A stretch of DNA of 32,890 nucleotides from Asterionella formosa. Lineage: Eukaryota. Below, in pieces: positions 1-12,351 of this stretch. Below the pieces are notes generated by a model that was not told the DNA's origin, made no database searches, and saw nothing but the letters and a program-made list of their open reading frames with translations. How positions within the stretch are numbered: the first letter of the stretch is position 1; each line of letters starts with the position of its first letter. The translations under genes were made by a program, and so were the position numbers. The stretch spans positions 1 through 32,890 of the forward strand of contig NKIB01000402.1 in assembly GCA_002256025.1 (NCBI GenBank), written 5' to 3'.

Positions 1-1717
1 GCCACGTATACATCGAGTCCAGACGAGAGGCAGAGACGGATCAAAGAGGAGATGGAAAGCTCCGAGCGAAGAAGCCGTGAGGTAGATACTGACCCTCGGA
101 GCAGTGACGAAATCTCACCACTGGCTTTTGACGACAAAAAGAAAAAGAAAAAGAATGACAAAGGCAGTAAGACTAAGAGCAAGGATGGTGACAAGAAGAA
201 AACGAAGAAATCAAAGAAAAAATCTAAGCAGTCACCCAGTGAACAACCAGAGGATATGTGGGATCAACAGAAACGCAGCGATGACTTGGATCAGTCTCAT
301 CAATTTGCAGTTGACTTTACCGGGGCAGATTTTGCTCTGTCGCAATCTCAAGATGATCAAGCTCAGATTCTTAAGCACTCAAATCCTCGCCCGACGACAG
401 ATCCAGGCCTAAATGCACGTCACCCTGTGCATCCTTTGAGCCACCTGGTTGACACTGGTGGACCACAGTTTAGTAGAATCATTCCCACCGAAAACGAACT
501 TGACATGGCGCATAATCCGCGTGTCGTAAGCCGTAATCAGGCTTCAAATGATGTCGAGGATGAGCAATCAGTGGGAGGCTGGGTCATCGATGATACAAAC
601 AGGGGTGAAAAGATCGTTACCTACAATCGAAGAAGGTCTAGTGTGGAGTCCAATCAAAGTCATAGTCCAAGGGAAGCGAAAGTTGAAGTGAACACGACGT
701 TAATTGAGCACAACCACTACATTGAGGATCAACGGGGAAGTGAACATAGTGGTTATCGTTCTAGTCATCAAGCGCCCTACACCAGTGGGTACATGGGCGA
801 ATATCATTCCCAATACGGAGATGAACGATCTCGAAGAAGCGGAGGATCTTCGTTTGCAGATATCCCTCCCAAGGGTACCGGTAGTGGATATCAAGGATCA
901 CCTCGTCAAGGCGATAGCTACTACTTGAAAGAGCATGTTGCTTCCTTCGAAAGAGATCAAGGGGATGAACAACTAAAATATGATGATGCATATTATGAAG
1001 AATATGCCCCAGATCGGTTGGGCGACGTTATCGGAGAGGACAGTTTCTATGATTCAGGTACAATTAGGTCCGATATTACTGGATTGACGGGTGCGTTTTC
1101 AAGCATGTATAATTCTCGATATGTACATAATAGGAACGAATGTATATATGAACCAGATGTGGTGCCCCTAGGTTATCCCAAATATAACAGTGGAACGTAT
1201 GGGAAGTTTGAGATGATGGAGGTGCTTGAGCGCAAAAAGCGTCGGCAGGAACACGGACCACCTGCTGGTGTCCGGTTTGGTCTTATTGACATTCGACACT
1301 ATGAACGAGTTTTGGGTGACAATCCTAGGTACGTAATCGCCATGATGTTAGAAGGGGGGTTTCATTCTTTTCCTTATTCCGTTTTTATGGTCCGTCAGTT
1401 GCACTTCCGGTGCATCGATTTCCATTGGTTGGAGGTACAGGGAGCAAAAATGTATCATGTTAGATGAATTTGAGTCCAAGAAGGGCCCCAAAAAAAGGCC
1501 AGACAAACTGATTCTTACCCGTGACCAGCGGGAGTTGATGCTGCTGGAGCTTGGGTATTCACAAAAGGATATTGCAGCTGCTATTCGAAACAACCTCCGT
1601 GACAAGAATAAGCGCCGACAAACAGTCCAGAATCTTTCTGCTTCTGGTGTGGAGGAGTCACTCGAAGGCGCTGCCAAGAGCGTTAAACGAATCTTTGGCT
1701 TTGGAAGAAGCAAGTAG
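1..1717 (+). CDS. Two-exon hypothetical protein: long disordered Lys/Ser/Asp-rich N-terminus and a conserved diatom-type C-terminal domain (VRFGLIDIRHYERVLGDNPSCTSGASISIGWRY...LDEFE...LILTRDQRELMLLELGYS). Exons <1-1328 and 1399-1717, intron 1329-1398
   Basis: Removing GTACGT...CGTCAG (70 nt) joins ORF 52-1467 in frame to ORF 1457-1717 and restores the GDNPSC..G..I.IGW.Y motif I recognise from many diatom hypothetical proteins. The frame is open from base 1, so the true start may lie upstream of the window. Confidence 0.85.
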
Positions 1718-2679
1718 TTTGGTATGAGTGCGAAACTGCAACCCAGAACTTTGGAATGAACCACATATAGAAACCTTTAATTAATGTCAAAATTTGTTCG
1801 TGTCCTTGAATTCGTTGCTCTCTCAAAAATTGAATGTCACCAACAAATTTTTGGACCAACACAGAGTCACAAGGTGTTCCCTGTGCAAACTATTTTCCTT
1901 GAGTCTGCGAATAGATGCTGTAGTGTTGTGCTAAGACAGCTTAGTCTTAATTTCCGAATGAATGGACTTCTGGCGCAGTATTCCAATCAATACCACATTT
2001 GCCTAGATTCCTTACACAATACTTCAAATGAAAGTTGATATGACATGTGGAATCAATTGTTTGAAGTTTCAGCTATCACTTCATGAGCGACTTTCCTCCT
2101 CCTTAAAAGATTTCCCTAATCCAAGGAACAGTAGATTGTCTTCCAGTTTCCATAACTCATGAGGCAAACACTGCCTTTGTTGTTTATCCTAAAATATGAG
2201 TTTTCAAAGGAATGGTTCATTGTCAATTTTCGTGGAGATATTTGATAGGCTGTCATGGTAAGATGGGGACGTTGAATCATTGACCTATGGCAGTACATAA
2301 AAATCAAATTTACTTACCAGTATGTATGCAATTATATATGGAACATACATATCTATATGAACTGATTGTATTAACAACAGAGAGAGTCCCTGATATCAGT
2401 AATAGTAAAGGTAGCTGGTAAATAGTAGGAAATGTATTCAACTAGCTGGTGCTACCTGGTGGTAAACCATCAGTTGGTATTGCCATTTGAACAATAGGCA
2501 GCTATGTCATCATCACTTCCAACTAAAAATCCATATCCTACCACCATGACTAATAATTGTATGGGTCGGAAATATTTTGTATCCACCACCCTGACATACT
2601 TAGTTCTTCCAGCGCCTCAGATACTCCTCCTCAGAGGAGGAGACATCTAAGCTGAAAATTCCTGGGAAGATAGTGATTC

Positions 2680-3620
2680 AAGTTTTGGGAAGAAGTGGTT
2701 GGGGCCAGCAGTAGCTTAGAAATCATGACCTTGTCACATGCAGGCGTCAATCCAGCATGCACTGAACTCCTTTGACTTCTCCTTGGTGACACTCCGAGGT
2801 GCTGGGAACCTGACCCACCTTCGAATATTATAAAAATGACTGATTACAATTTAACTTGTCGCAAAGCTGTCAAGAAAGATTGACCAATATCTGAATTTAT
2901 GTTTGGAACGTGTTCCCATCATGTCTGGAATGCCCGGGCAAAGAAAAATAGAGGACGGATTAAGAAATATGACAAGAAGAACAAAAGAGAAAATCGGTAA
3001 GGACTTAGAGGCTTATAAGAGAAGTCCCTGGGTACAACCTTTAGTTACTTCCCTTAAGATTAGGGAGAAGAAAATCGCAACTACAGCATGCTGGTTGAAA
3101 CAGTGTGGTCCAGCCATTCATACAAGAATTGAACTGAATGATTCCAATTTCCTTCGAGATGGCTCACCTGTACACAATATTAATTCGGAGGGAACCAATA
3201 ATAATTGTAAAAAAATTGTTTTATGATCACAGGAAGCCTCAAATGGCAAGTTTCATTCACAACATGAGATTAGATGTAAGAGCACCATTCCAAAGGTGAC
3301 TTAGGATTTTGCTCAACTTTGCAATTGTTGGTGCATTTAATTCAGTGCTACACGCTTATTTACAAGCCTCTTGCAAGAAGCGATAAAGGAGAAGCTTTGT
3401 TTCGCATAGTTGCGTTTGATTTCAAGTGAGGACAATGAAGTTTACAGTACTGCCGTCACTGTTATGCAATTGATGGAGAGAAATGATGCACAATGAGTAC
3501 AAGAATCTTCTCTGAAACCCTGGAAATTATTCTGCTAACCACTCAATTGATGATTTACTACATCTAAAGCTACGAAATGGGCCACTTTTTTGAAATTTCA
3601 TCGACCTATTAGCTGTCTGA
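2680..3620 (+). pseudogene. Possible heavily decayed DDE-1/pogo-like transposase, C-terminal half
   Basis: Scattered peptides across frames resemble motifs of diatom pogo-like transposases: GVNPACTELL*LLLGD (~GVPYGT.LWQVGD), AYKRSPWVQPL (~A..RGW.PL) and AIVGAFNSVL. Many stops; boundaries approximate. Confidence 0.3.
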
Positions 3621-3813
3621 ATCATTTGGTACTTCACATGAATTAATACCACTTTCCCCGAAAATAAGGTTACTTTTAAGGGTTTTCTGTGAAGTTTTAA
3701 GCATAAACATTCAACTTGAGACTGAATTTGTTGAAAATAGTTCCTTTCGAAGTTCGGCTAAGATCAGGCTTAAAGTAATTAACTCATTTAAGAACAGCAC
3801 CTTCATTTATGAA

Positions 3814-4460
3814 NNNNNNNNNNNNNNNNNNNNNNNNNNNNNNNNNNNNNNNNNNNNNNNNNNNNNNNNNNNNNNNNNNNNNNNNNNNNNNNNNNNNNNN
3901 NNNNNNNNNNNNNNNNNNNNNNNNNNNNNNNNNNNNNNNNNNNNNNNNNNNNNNNNNNNNNNNNNNNNNNNNNNNNNNNNNNNNNNNNNNNNNNNNNNNN
4001 NNNNNNNNNNNNNNNNNNNNNNNNNNNNNNNNNNNNNNNNNNNNNNNNNNNNNNNNNNNNNNNNNNNNNNNNNNNNNNNNNNNNNNNNNNNNNNNNNNNN
4101 NNNNNNNNNNNNNNNNNNNNNNNNNNNNNNNNNNNNNNNNNNNNNNNNNNNNNNNNNNNNNNNNNNNNNNNNNNNNNNNNNNNNNNNNNNNNNNNNNNNN
4201 NNNNNNNNNNNNNNNNNNNNNNNNNNNNNNNNNNNNNNNNNNNNNNNNNNNNNNNNNNNNNNNNNNNNNNNNNNNNNNNNNNNNNNNNNNNNNNNNNNNN
4301 NNNNNNNNNNNNNNNNNNNNNNNNNNNNNNNNNNNNNNNNNNNNNNNNNNNNNNNNNNNNNNNNNNNNNNNNNNNNNNNNNNNNNNNNNNNNNNNNNNNN
4401 NNNNNNNNNNNNNNNNNNNNNNNNNNNNNNNNNNNNNNNNNNNNNNNNNNNNNNNNNNNN
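3814..4460. other. Assembly gap (647 N)
   Basis: Run of N. Confidence 1.
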
Positions 4461-5941
4461 CTGGCCTTTTCACACAAGGAGTGTTCTTTTGAAAGCGGGA
4501 ATGAGTTCTTGTGGTGCTGCCTGGGTGAGACTCTGTCGCCGCCAAGGAATGGGCTCCGTGAAACAGTTAATTGGTGCATGTTAGTTTGTCAGCACTTTGC
4601 TGTTGTAGCTAGCTAGTTTTATCAAATAAATTAATCGCACACTTTTGCTATTTAATACTTCGCAGGTCGATAAAGAAGCCACTGCCCGGAGAATAAGGAA
4701 GCCAGTGTGGTGCATTCCTGTTGCATTTTCCCACAATGCCTGTTCAAGAGTGAAGATTTTATTCTGAAAGAATGCTACTGTTGTTGCATTGTTCATATAG
4801 TAGACAACCCATAATGTCTGATCAAGACTAAAGATCCCATGATGGGAACAAATTGCCTCGATTACATGTTGAGATTTGTTTCCTATGTTTTGTGAAATCA
4901 GTTGAATTAATCAACTACATTTTTCAATAGAATTTTTTAAATTAGTTGAATGAACTTCAGTACATTAGGTGAACAGAGGGAATTGCTTAGCGGTTAAGTA
5001 TGTTGTCTTTGATCTGAAAGTGTGGTTTGGATCCCGCAATTTTTTGAGAAGCAATTGTTGGGTTCGACTCCCACACTCCTCCTTACCATCCCGCATAGTA
5101 GTCTTGCCTGGGGTACAAAAAAATAGTGGGTTGCCCCTGTACATGCAGCTTGTGCTGCCTTCCTAGGTGGTTGGAGTTTCCCCTAACGCTGTGACTAGTA
5201 AGATGATCACCTTGTTTCGCAAAAGATGGTTGGGGACTCACCTATGGTAACAAAACTAGGGAAGCACTCAGTCTTGTCAGCAGGCTGTGCTGTGAAATTC
5301 CACATGTAACTCTGTGGTCTTAGAAAGCGCGTTACAACTGAGCTTCAATTTTACCATTTGACTTATCTCTGTAAATGTAAAATCAAAATAATTTGGACTA
5401 CTGGAAATAATCAATGTGGACTACTGATACATAATACTGGTGCATGCAACAGCACAGTGCCTTCTTCCCCAGTCCCCAGAACCACACCATCCTCCTGTGT
5501 CCAGCTGTAAATGTCAATTGTGCCTACTACCAGTATAAAAGCAAGTAGGAAAACGTGTTGTTGGAAGCTTGTGCCAGGGGTTGAAAGGGCCGAAACCGTT
5601 AAATATCCCAATGTGCTAACATAACCAGTTCATTCGATATTCGCTTATGATATGGAGTTTTAAAATAAATATTGAGCCGATGTCCCGACACTAATTGGCA
5701 AAAATAAAATGTATTATATATATATTTAATTCAGCTATGAATATAAATAGACCACCGTAGTTTACTGCTGGCTGAGTAACACAGACCGCAGGGTAACAAA
5801 CCCCCCGCCAACCGAGGAACCAATTGCTTTGAAACTCATCCTCAAATCTCCACTAAACGATAGCTTCTCATAGGTATCGCGTTGAAATAAGATATATGTA
5901 GAGAGTGTCTAGTACACATTTATAAATTTGTTCATTGCAAC

Positions 5942-7351
5942 ATGAAACTATCCTCGCCATGTTTCGTTTGTGTCCTTGCGACCGTGATGTGTACTACCAT
6001 GGCCCGAGCACCAACAAGCCCTTTGCCAATCGGTTCTCGAACAAAGCTGTCCATGGAACGGAAAGGACTATCTCCCAAAGGCATTTCATCTGTAACTGCG
6101 AGCTTTCAAGAGGATCAAGGCGCTTCCATTCCCAACGAAATCTTTAATTTGGTCAAATCGATTGTTGGTGCTGGGGTCTTGGGCCTACCTGGGGGGATTG
6201 CTGCATTTGGAAACGCTCCAACGGCGTTGCTGCCATCTACCCTACTAATCCTTGCTATTGGTCTCTTCAGTGCCTACGGCTTCTCTCTCATTGGACGAAT
6301 CTGTTCGTACACTGGAGCGACATCATATAGAGAAGCATGGGCAAAGTCTGTTTCGGAGCAAACGAGTTGGTTGCCAGCCCTTTGTTGCTTGCTAGTGACG
6401 ACATGTTCAGTCCTGGCCTATAGCATGATTCTATCTGATACTGTTCCGAAACTATTGCAGACGGCAGGGATCGCCATTACCCGGACTCAAGCATTGTTGG
6501 GCATCACCAGTACAGTGTTACTTCCCCTCTGTACGTTGAAAGATATGAAGAAATTGGCTCCGTTTTCGCTACTTGGGATCATTGGTATGTGTTACACTGC
6601 CGCTTCCATGGCCATTAGATTTATTGGTGGAGACTACGGCGAAGGTGGCAGATTCCTTGAAAGTATGCCAACTCATCTTCGGCCCTCCTTTGGAAATCAG
6701 GGAGCTGCTGCCGCCTTTCATTCTAATACATTTTTGCTTATTTCTATGCTGAGTACGGCATTTATGGCGCACTACAATGCGCCCAAGTTCTATCTGGAAC
6801 TCAGAAACAATACAATTCATCGTTACATGATTGTTGTAGGAGCATCGTTCCTCATATCCATTTTGATGTTTATATCTGTCGCGTCGCTTGGTTTCTTGAC
6901 TTTTGGAGCAGCCGCCAGCGGACTGGTTTTGAACAACTACTCGACCTCAGATAGTCTTATGAGCGTGGCTCGTATTGCCGTGGCTCTCTCCCTGATATGC
7001 TCATACCCGCTAGCCTTTGGGGGCGTTCGGGATGGTGTCCTGGATTTCGCAAAGGTGTCCAACTGCAGAAGGACCAACAACTTTTTGAATGCTCTGACTC
7101 TTGGTTTGCTGGGTATCATTACCTCCATGGCGTTTGTTGTACGTGACTTGGGAATTGTATTGGCGTTTGGAGGTGCAACTTGGGGAAATGCTTTGATCTA
7201 CCTGTTTCCAACCTTCATGTTGATCCAATGTGCGAAGACGATGCCTCAACTCAAGAAGGAAGTCCCATTTGCAGCGGCAACGGGGTTTCTAGGGTTGACT
7301 ATGGGTGTAATTGGAACTATCCGGGCCGTGAAGAGTGTAGGTAGAACTTAA
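5942..7351 (+). CDS. Amino acid transporter, Aa_trans (AAAP; SLC38/AVT-like) family, 469 aa, intronless, with N-terminal signal/presequence
   Basis: Motifs IFNLVKSIVGAGVLGLP, LLPLCTLKDMKKLAPFSLLG, STAFMAHYNAPKFY, GFLTFG and VLNNY; about 11 hydrophobic segments. Confidence 0.92.
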   Translation: MKLSSPCFVCVLATVMCTTMARAPTSPLPIGSRTKLSMERKGLSPKGISSVTASFQEDQGASIPNEIFNLVKSIVGAGVLGLPGGIAAFGNAPTALLPSTLLILAIGLFSAYGFSLIGRICSYTGATSYREAWAKSVSEQTSWLPALCCLLVTTCSVLAYSMILSDTVPKLLQTAGIAITRTQALLGITSTVLLPLCTLKDMKKLAPFSLLGIIGMCYTAASMAIRFIGGDYGEGGRFLESMPTHLRPSFGNQGAAAAFHSNTFLLISMLSTAFMAHYNAPKFYLELRNNTIHRYMIVVGASFLISILMFISVASLGFLTFGAAASGLVLNNYSTSDSLMSVARIAVALSLICSYPLAFGGVRDGVLDFAKVSNCRRTNNFLNALTLGLLGIITSMAFVVRDLGIVLAFGGATWGNALIYLFPTFMLIQCAKTMPQLKKEVPFAAATGFLGLTMGVIGTIRAVKSVGRT

Positions 7352-7499
7352 ATACTTCATCATACTTAACCTCGCTACCATGAACATGTGAACAACACGG
7401 AATTTTCAAATAAGATGATTAATGATGATGCATGATTGATAGACTAATTTGAGAAAAGTTCGACATTGTTATCGCTAAGCTCATTCCCCAGAAAGTAAC

Positions 7500-9345
7500 C
7501 ACTCATTTGTTGCTATAGCCCTAGGAACTACGAGTCCGCTTGGTAGCCAAGCCAACACTGCGATATACCTTTGCCTTGATCAGGTGGTATTAACTTTGCG
7601 CAAAACATGAATTGTTTCATTGGAATCCAGCCCTGCAAAAGCGAGGACAGTACCATCGTCCGACAACGAGCGCCTGGTCATAAATTTCGTCAAACTGAGT
7701 TCTCGCGCTCCACTCTCCCAACGAGAGCCATCCTCCTCAGTGGCAAGACAAGATTTCAATGTCCTTCTGGGACTGAAGCGCAATGGTGAGTCCATCTGCA
7801 GCTTTGACAATGCTTTTAATAGTACCATTAGCTTGTATTGCGGTTCCTAGCTGGGTTCACTCTTCTTTCGAACCAACTTTTTGATAGATCCTGACAATAT
7901 TTCCGATTGTCGTAACCGGCACATCGACCCCTACTGGAATCAAACAAGCAACTTTGGACCCATCCTTAGAAATCGATGCAAAATCGACGTCAGACACAGC
8001 AAGTTTATACCTCAACCAGCCAGTTTCATTCTTGAAAAGATTAGTCAATTGAGCAGAATAGATGTCCACTCCCTTGCCACTACTTATAACTACCAATCTC
8101 GGGGCGCTTTTTGCCAACGACAGAGAACGGGTTTCTGATACATTGATTTGACTTGCTAGGATATAGGTATCCTTTTACCAACCATATATTTGAATGGCAG
8201 TTGAATCGCACACCGCTAGAATATTCCCATCTGCGGCAACTCTAAAGGAGACCTCGCGTTCCCATGAAACATAAATCCATTGCCTCCCTGATTGATAGTC
8301 CTTCTAACCCACCGATAGGCCCCCACGGCGGTAAAGGTAGGGTTGAACGTTTGCGGTTGACTCACTACTATGGCACTGGCATCGTGGCTAAATTGAAAGG
8401 ATAAGGCTGCGTTTGAGGCATTTTTGGAGTCCCCAAAGGAACCCAATTACTGTTTTCTAGCATTGCCAGGAACCATATGTGTGTGGCATTAAACAAGGCC
8501 ATAATCCTGCCGTCGGCAGAGAGTTCACAAGATATCGCTGAAGGAGCTTTAACTTCCGTGGTCAGCCAGACAAATTTGTTGATGTATCATTTGATGTATT
8601 TCCAGTCGATGGTGAGATAGTTGGTACCTTTGTGGTTGTCTTAAGCTGGGTTGGAGAATCACTTATTCTGGTTGGTTCATGAGTATTGTTCCTCACTGTC
8701 GATGGGGAAGTTTCTGGCTTTCTTGTTGGTGCCGCTGTTTTGAAAGCTAATCTATTGGTTTCATTGGCTTTCATAATTGTTGGTGATGCAGTTGACGGCA
8801 ATTTAGTTAGTGCCGTTGGTGTAAAGGGTGCCACAGTCGGTTCACTAGCTAGTGATATACTTGGTGCCGACGTTGTAAAGTCGCGAGATTGCTCTTGGTA
8901 TTGGCTACATGACTCCTGATAAGGCAGCGAACTGATTGGAATTGCCCGTAGTGCAGGTTGTCCTTTGAGAGCAAGTTACAAGTCTTCGTGTTCTGAACAA
9001 ATCAAAATTGATAAATCCACCTCATCTATATTCAAAATAATGCCTACAGGAAATTCAAATAATTTATTGTTGATATAGGGCAGGATGATCCAATAATGCA
9101 TGTTTTTGCAGACATCTTTTCATGTTCCGGCTTCTCTTGGTGTCCTTCCCGCCTTCACCAAATAACAACTCCGAGACACCTAACTGATTTTTTTGTCTCA
9201 ATGGATCGGGTCATCAAATGAATCAAAGTACCTGAATTTTCTTGATCTGCCGTCTCCAATGGAAGGTGGACCTGGTAAAGATGATTGAGGTGTAGGTGAT
9301 GTTATAAATAATATATTCACCAAGCATAGCCAATCATGTTTCGAG
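7500..9345 (-). pseudogene. Decayed gene for a secreted/surface protein with a Pro/Thr-rich linker and beta-propeller-like repeats
   Basis: Consecutive minus-strand fragments: TSAPSISLVEPTVAPFTPT...TISPS linker, then blade-like segments LSADGRIMAL, FSHDASAIVVS, ISKDGSKVA and LSDDGTVLAFA. Broken by stops and frameshifts; ends approximate. Confidence 0.55.
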
Positions 9346-9671
9346 CTGCTTGTGAGCAGCAATTAAAACCAAGTTGCTGCAAAACATTCTGGCGGGGGAG
9401 AAGTATTTACCAGGTAATCCACTTATACCGTGGACACTCTGTCTATAGCTTATGATACGACTAAAGGTTAGATTTAGCACAAATAGAAAAATCGGGGAAT
9501 CCATTACCTGGTACTCCTGCTACTACTATGTATCGGGATCGTCGGGGAACATGTATTATTCTCTCCCCAGTGCTCTGCTGCCTTCTTTATTTTTGAAAGA
9601 ATGGACAAACATTACTTTCCTTGCCTTGCTCTGGACAACTCTACTGTACAGTATCACAATAAAATAGGAGT

Positions 9672-11999
9672 CTAAGTTATATCTCGGACAGCAAGCACGT
9701 CGTCGTCCATCACACTGTCAGAGTCCACGACTGTTGCTTCGTCGTCTGAAATTGTTGCAACAAAGGTATGACGGTCACAATATCGGACAAGGTTGTCGGC
9801 CCAACGAATCACCTTTGGACCCTTCCACAAATCCTCCAAGTCGTACCAACCAACACAAATCATTGTTCCCAAACAGGCTGGCACCAGGTACATTAATGCA
9901 GGTTGTCCACCGTCTAACCAGACGACTGCCAAATTGGCAAATAGTAGGCCAATGGCGTATGCAAAGGTAAGAGGCAATAAGAAGCCACCTCGGGAAGGAA
10001 TTCTTATATCCAGAGTCGTATGGCCACCAACCAAACGCTTGGCTTCATCCAATCGAGCTGCAAAGCTAATCAACAGCCCCGGTAACACAATATCTCCTAG
10101 TCCCAACAAGCTTGCCCCTCCTCGGTAATCATTAATTTTAGGAAGGATTAAGAGCATGGGCAATATGCTTGCCTTGCAACTGCTGTCGTCGGGATATTTT
10201 TCGCAATAATCGGCAGATACCTCAGGCCCTCCTCCGCCAGTCGCCACTGTCACCATGACGCTGGACTCGAAAATGAGTGGGGTGATAAACACAAAGAAAA
10301 TGTCGTAGATAAAGACGACAAGTAGCAAGACGGTGGCAACTTTGATGGAATTTAGTTTCAGCAAGGCAAGGAACAAAATACAGAGACATGTACCCATGAT
10401 ATTTTGTGTGATCCAATAAAAGGGAATTGAAAGAGGATGAGTATTGGTAAACCAAATAAAGAGCCACATGCCACAGAGTAAGTGACCGGACACTCCTGAT
10501 ACCATCTCGAGCCACGTAAGTTGATTGAAACTGAAAACTCTCATCTTTGGGCAAATGGGCGATTGAAGGCATGCGTATTTTTTGACAAGGCGAGCGATCA
10601 AAGAGTAAAGTGGTCGAAAGAGGACTTGCGCGACGCATCCTGAACATCCAATCGCATATAGAACAGTAATTACCGGGTAAAATTGAAAGAAAAATAGAAG
10701 GAATAGCATGCCTGAGGCAATGATGACGAATATGGCAGCGTGCCAAACAGTGAGTTCGATTGATCCGATTTCATTAGCAGTTCTACCAACCCCGACAACT
10801 GAGTGATTTCTTGTCGTTAGTCGTGCGTGTAGTCTATCCCAGCCAATAAACCGACGAGGAGTGGGAGAATGTGTTGGTGATGGATTTCTGGTATTTGCAT
10901 CCGGACTTCGGACAGAGGAAGTCTCCATAGGAGTATCTGGTTGTCGCAGCAGTGACTCGACAGGTTGCGGTAAATGCTCTGTTTCGTTAGGAGGTTCCTG
11001 CTGTATCGGTTGCTCCGTCAACTCCAGATGATTCTCTTCATCAGGCGCAATTTCCATTGGTTGATCTTCCAATTGAGTGTCAATGCTTACAGCCGCCACT
11101 TCAGTCGGTACATTTTGATTTGGCGGTGCTTGAATGGCAGGTACAGGATGTGTCAACTTGTATTTGGCTCGGCGATAATCTCCAGCGGAATGCCATGCCG
11201 CAAAAGCTACAATAGCAGTGGCCATCAACCACAAGAGGAAAGAAGATGCGTTGAAATTTGGATATTCTCGTTCACTGACATAGAATTGTGTTCCTTCCTG
11301 GAGAGTCAAGAATAGATCAGCCTGTGTCATAGTCAAAAAGATGGCGAAAATGATAGGTGCGTCATTGTCGCTCAAGGAAGAATCATAGTTCATGGTAGTA
11401 GTTATATCCCATGCGCAACAAGCGGTTGTGATGTTCGACTGAGCAGGTCCAATCACCAAGCAGCGCCCACTAGGACATTGGTCGCCGTCGATCGAGCACA
11501 AATTAGCGGCATTCCTAAGAGTCAGCAGGGGATCATGAACGCTTGTTTGATACTTTGGGGGATCCAGTGGGAAATTGGAAAGTTCGTCGTGGCCGTTGGA
11601 ACATTCGTAGTCTTGCTGGTTAACAGGATACTCTACTCGACCAAAAGTTTCATTCCATCTGTAGCGGGATTGTAGGTTATTATAAATGAAAATGCCCGCT
11701 GCGCCGTAGCTCTGAGCAATTCGAGTCTTTAACTCGAACGAACAGTTGCCTCGCGGGGTCAATAGGATGGCGTCTGATGCATAAGTTCCTTCACTACTAG
11801 CTTCTGTCTTGGTATTGCAGAGCAACGGATTGTTAGATGGAGGCTTCCTCAGTCTGCCGGTAGCGGCTGCTCGCGCGCCAAAGTTTGCGAAACGTCCGAG
11901 TTCCACGGTCATGTTGTTAAAATGAATCTCAGCGTCGGGACGGGAGGCTTCTGTTGCATCAAAGCATAACACAGGTAACAAGAGGAGTAGGCGTTTCAT
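9672..11999 (-). CDS. Signal peptide peptidase-like (SPPL2-type, peptidase A22B) intramembrane aspartyl protease with N-terminal PA domain, 775 aa, intronless
   Basis: Signal peptide MKRLLLLLPVLCF; PA motif RGNCSFELK; catalytic FIYDIFFVF and LLGLGDIVLPG; C-terminal GQPALMYLVP. ATG at 11999 preferred over the ORF-track TTG start. Confidence 0.95.
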   Translation of the reverse strand: MKRLLLLLPVLCFDATEASRPDAEIHFNNMTVELGRFANFGARAAATGRLRKPPSNNPLLCNTKTEASSEGTYASDAILLTPRGNCSFELKTRIAQSYGAAGIFIYNNLQSRYRWNETFGRVEYPVNQQDYECSNGHDELSNFPLDPPKYQTSVHDPLLTLRNAANLCSIDGDQCPSGRCLVIGPAQSNITTACCAWDITTTMNYDSSLSDNDAPIIFAIFLTMTQADLFLTLQEGTQFYVSEREYPNFNASSFLLWLMATAIVAFAAWHSAGDYRRAKYKLTHPVPAIQAPPNQNVPTEVAAVSIDTQLEDQPMEIAPDEENHLELTEQPIQQEPPNETEHLPQPVESLLRQPDTPMETSSVRSPDANTRNPSPTHSPTPRRFIGWDRLHARLTTRNHSVVGVGRTANEIGSIELTVWHAAIFVIIASGMLFLLFFFQFYPVITVLYAIGCSGCVAQVLFRPLYSLIARLVKKYACLQSPICPKMRVFSFNQLTWLEMVSGVSGHLLCGMWLFIWFTNTHPLSIPFYWITQNIMGTCLCILFLALLKLNSIKVATVLLLVVFIYDIFFVFITPLIFESSVMVTVATGGGGPEVSADYCEKYPDDSSCKASILPMLLILPKINDYRGGASLLGLGDIVLPGLLISFAARLDEAKRLVGGHTTLDIRIPSRGGFLLPLTFAYAIGLLFANLAVVWLDGGQPALMYLVPACLGTMICVGWYDLEDLWKGPKVIRWADNLVRYCDRHTFVATISDDEATVVDSDSVMDDDVLAVRDIT

Positions 12000-12257
12000 C
12001 GCATTGAGGAGCAGCAAGAATGAGGTGTGGCCGACAAGGAAAGGAATGGAAACTATCTTGACTACCAGGGTACCAGGTAATGTAAATGAGCGAAGACTAT
12101 ACCTGGAAATAGTTTGAATTGTCGTGATACGAGTACATTTATTAATTTACTCCAAATACGTTAAATCACCATACATACATATATGCAGTAACTCTAAAAT
12201 ATTCTCGTCGTCTATGATTTGTGTATGTATGATAGATATTACCAGTACATGGTACAT

Positions 12258-12351
12258 GCAAGTTGCGGGCATTTTGCTTCTTAAACTATCATTTTAATCT
12301 GGGATAAAAACAGCTAAATCCTTTAGTTTCAACAAAATTACAGCAACTTGC
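12258..12351. mobile_element. MITE of the GCAAGTTGCGG-TIR family (94 bp)
   Basis: Begins GCAAGTTGCGGGCATTTTGCT and ends AACAAAATTACAGCAACTTGC; interior matches the copies at 29208 and 29332. Confidence 0.85.

Noticed and set aside
1329..1467. C-terminus of the 471-aa ORF (YVIAMMLEGG...MYHVR)
   Set aside because: Read-through of the 1329-1398 intron; splicing restores the conserved domain in another frame.
1784..2310. Short ORFs downstream of the first gene
   Set aside because: No recognisable family; interrupted by stops in all frames.
3784..4579. Long ORFs of 227-258 aa in the ORF track
   Set aside because: Artefacts of translating through the N gap.
4461..5610. Possible piggyBac-like transposase relic on the minus strand
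   Set aside because: Only faint motif resemblance (e.g. FLGGDRV); no TIR/TTAA pair or catalytic motif could be confirmed.
6569..11675. Antisense and alternative-frame ORFs overlapping the transporter and SPPL genes
   Set aside because: Shadow ORFs of real coding sequence with no independent motifs.
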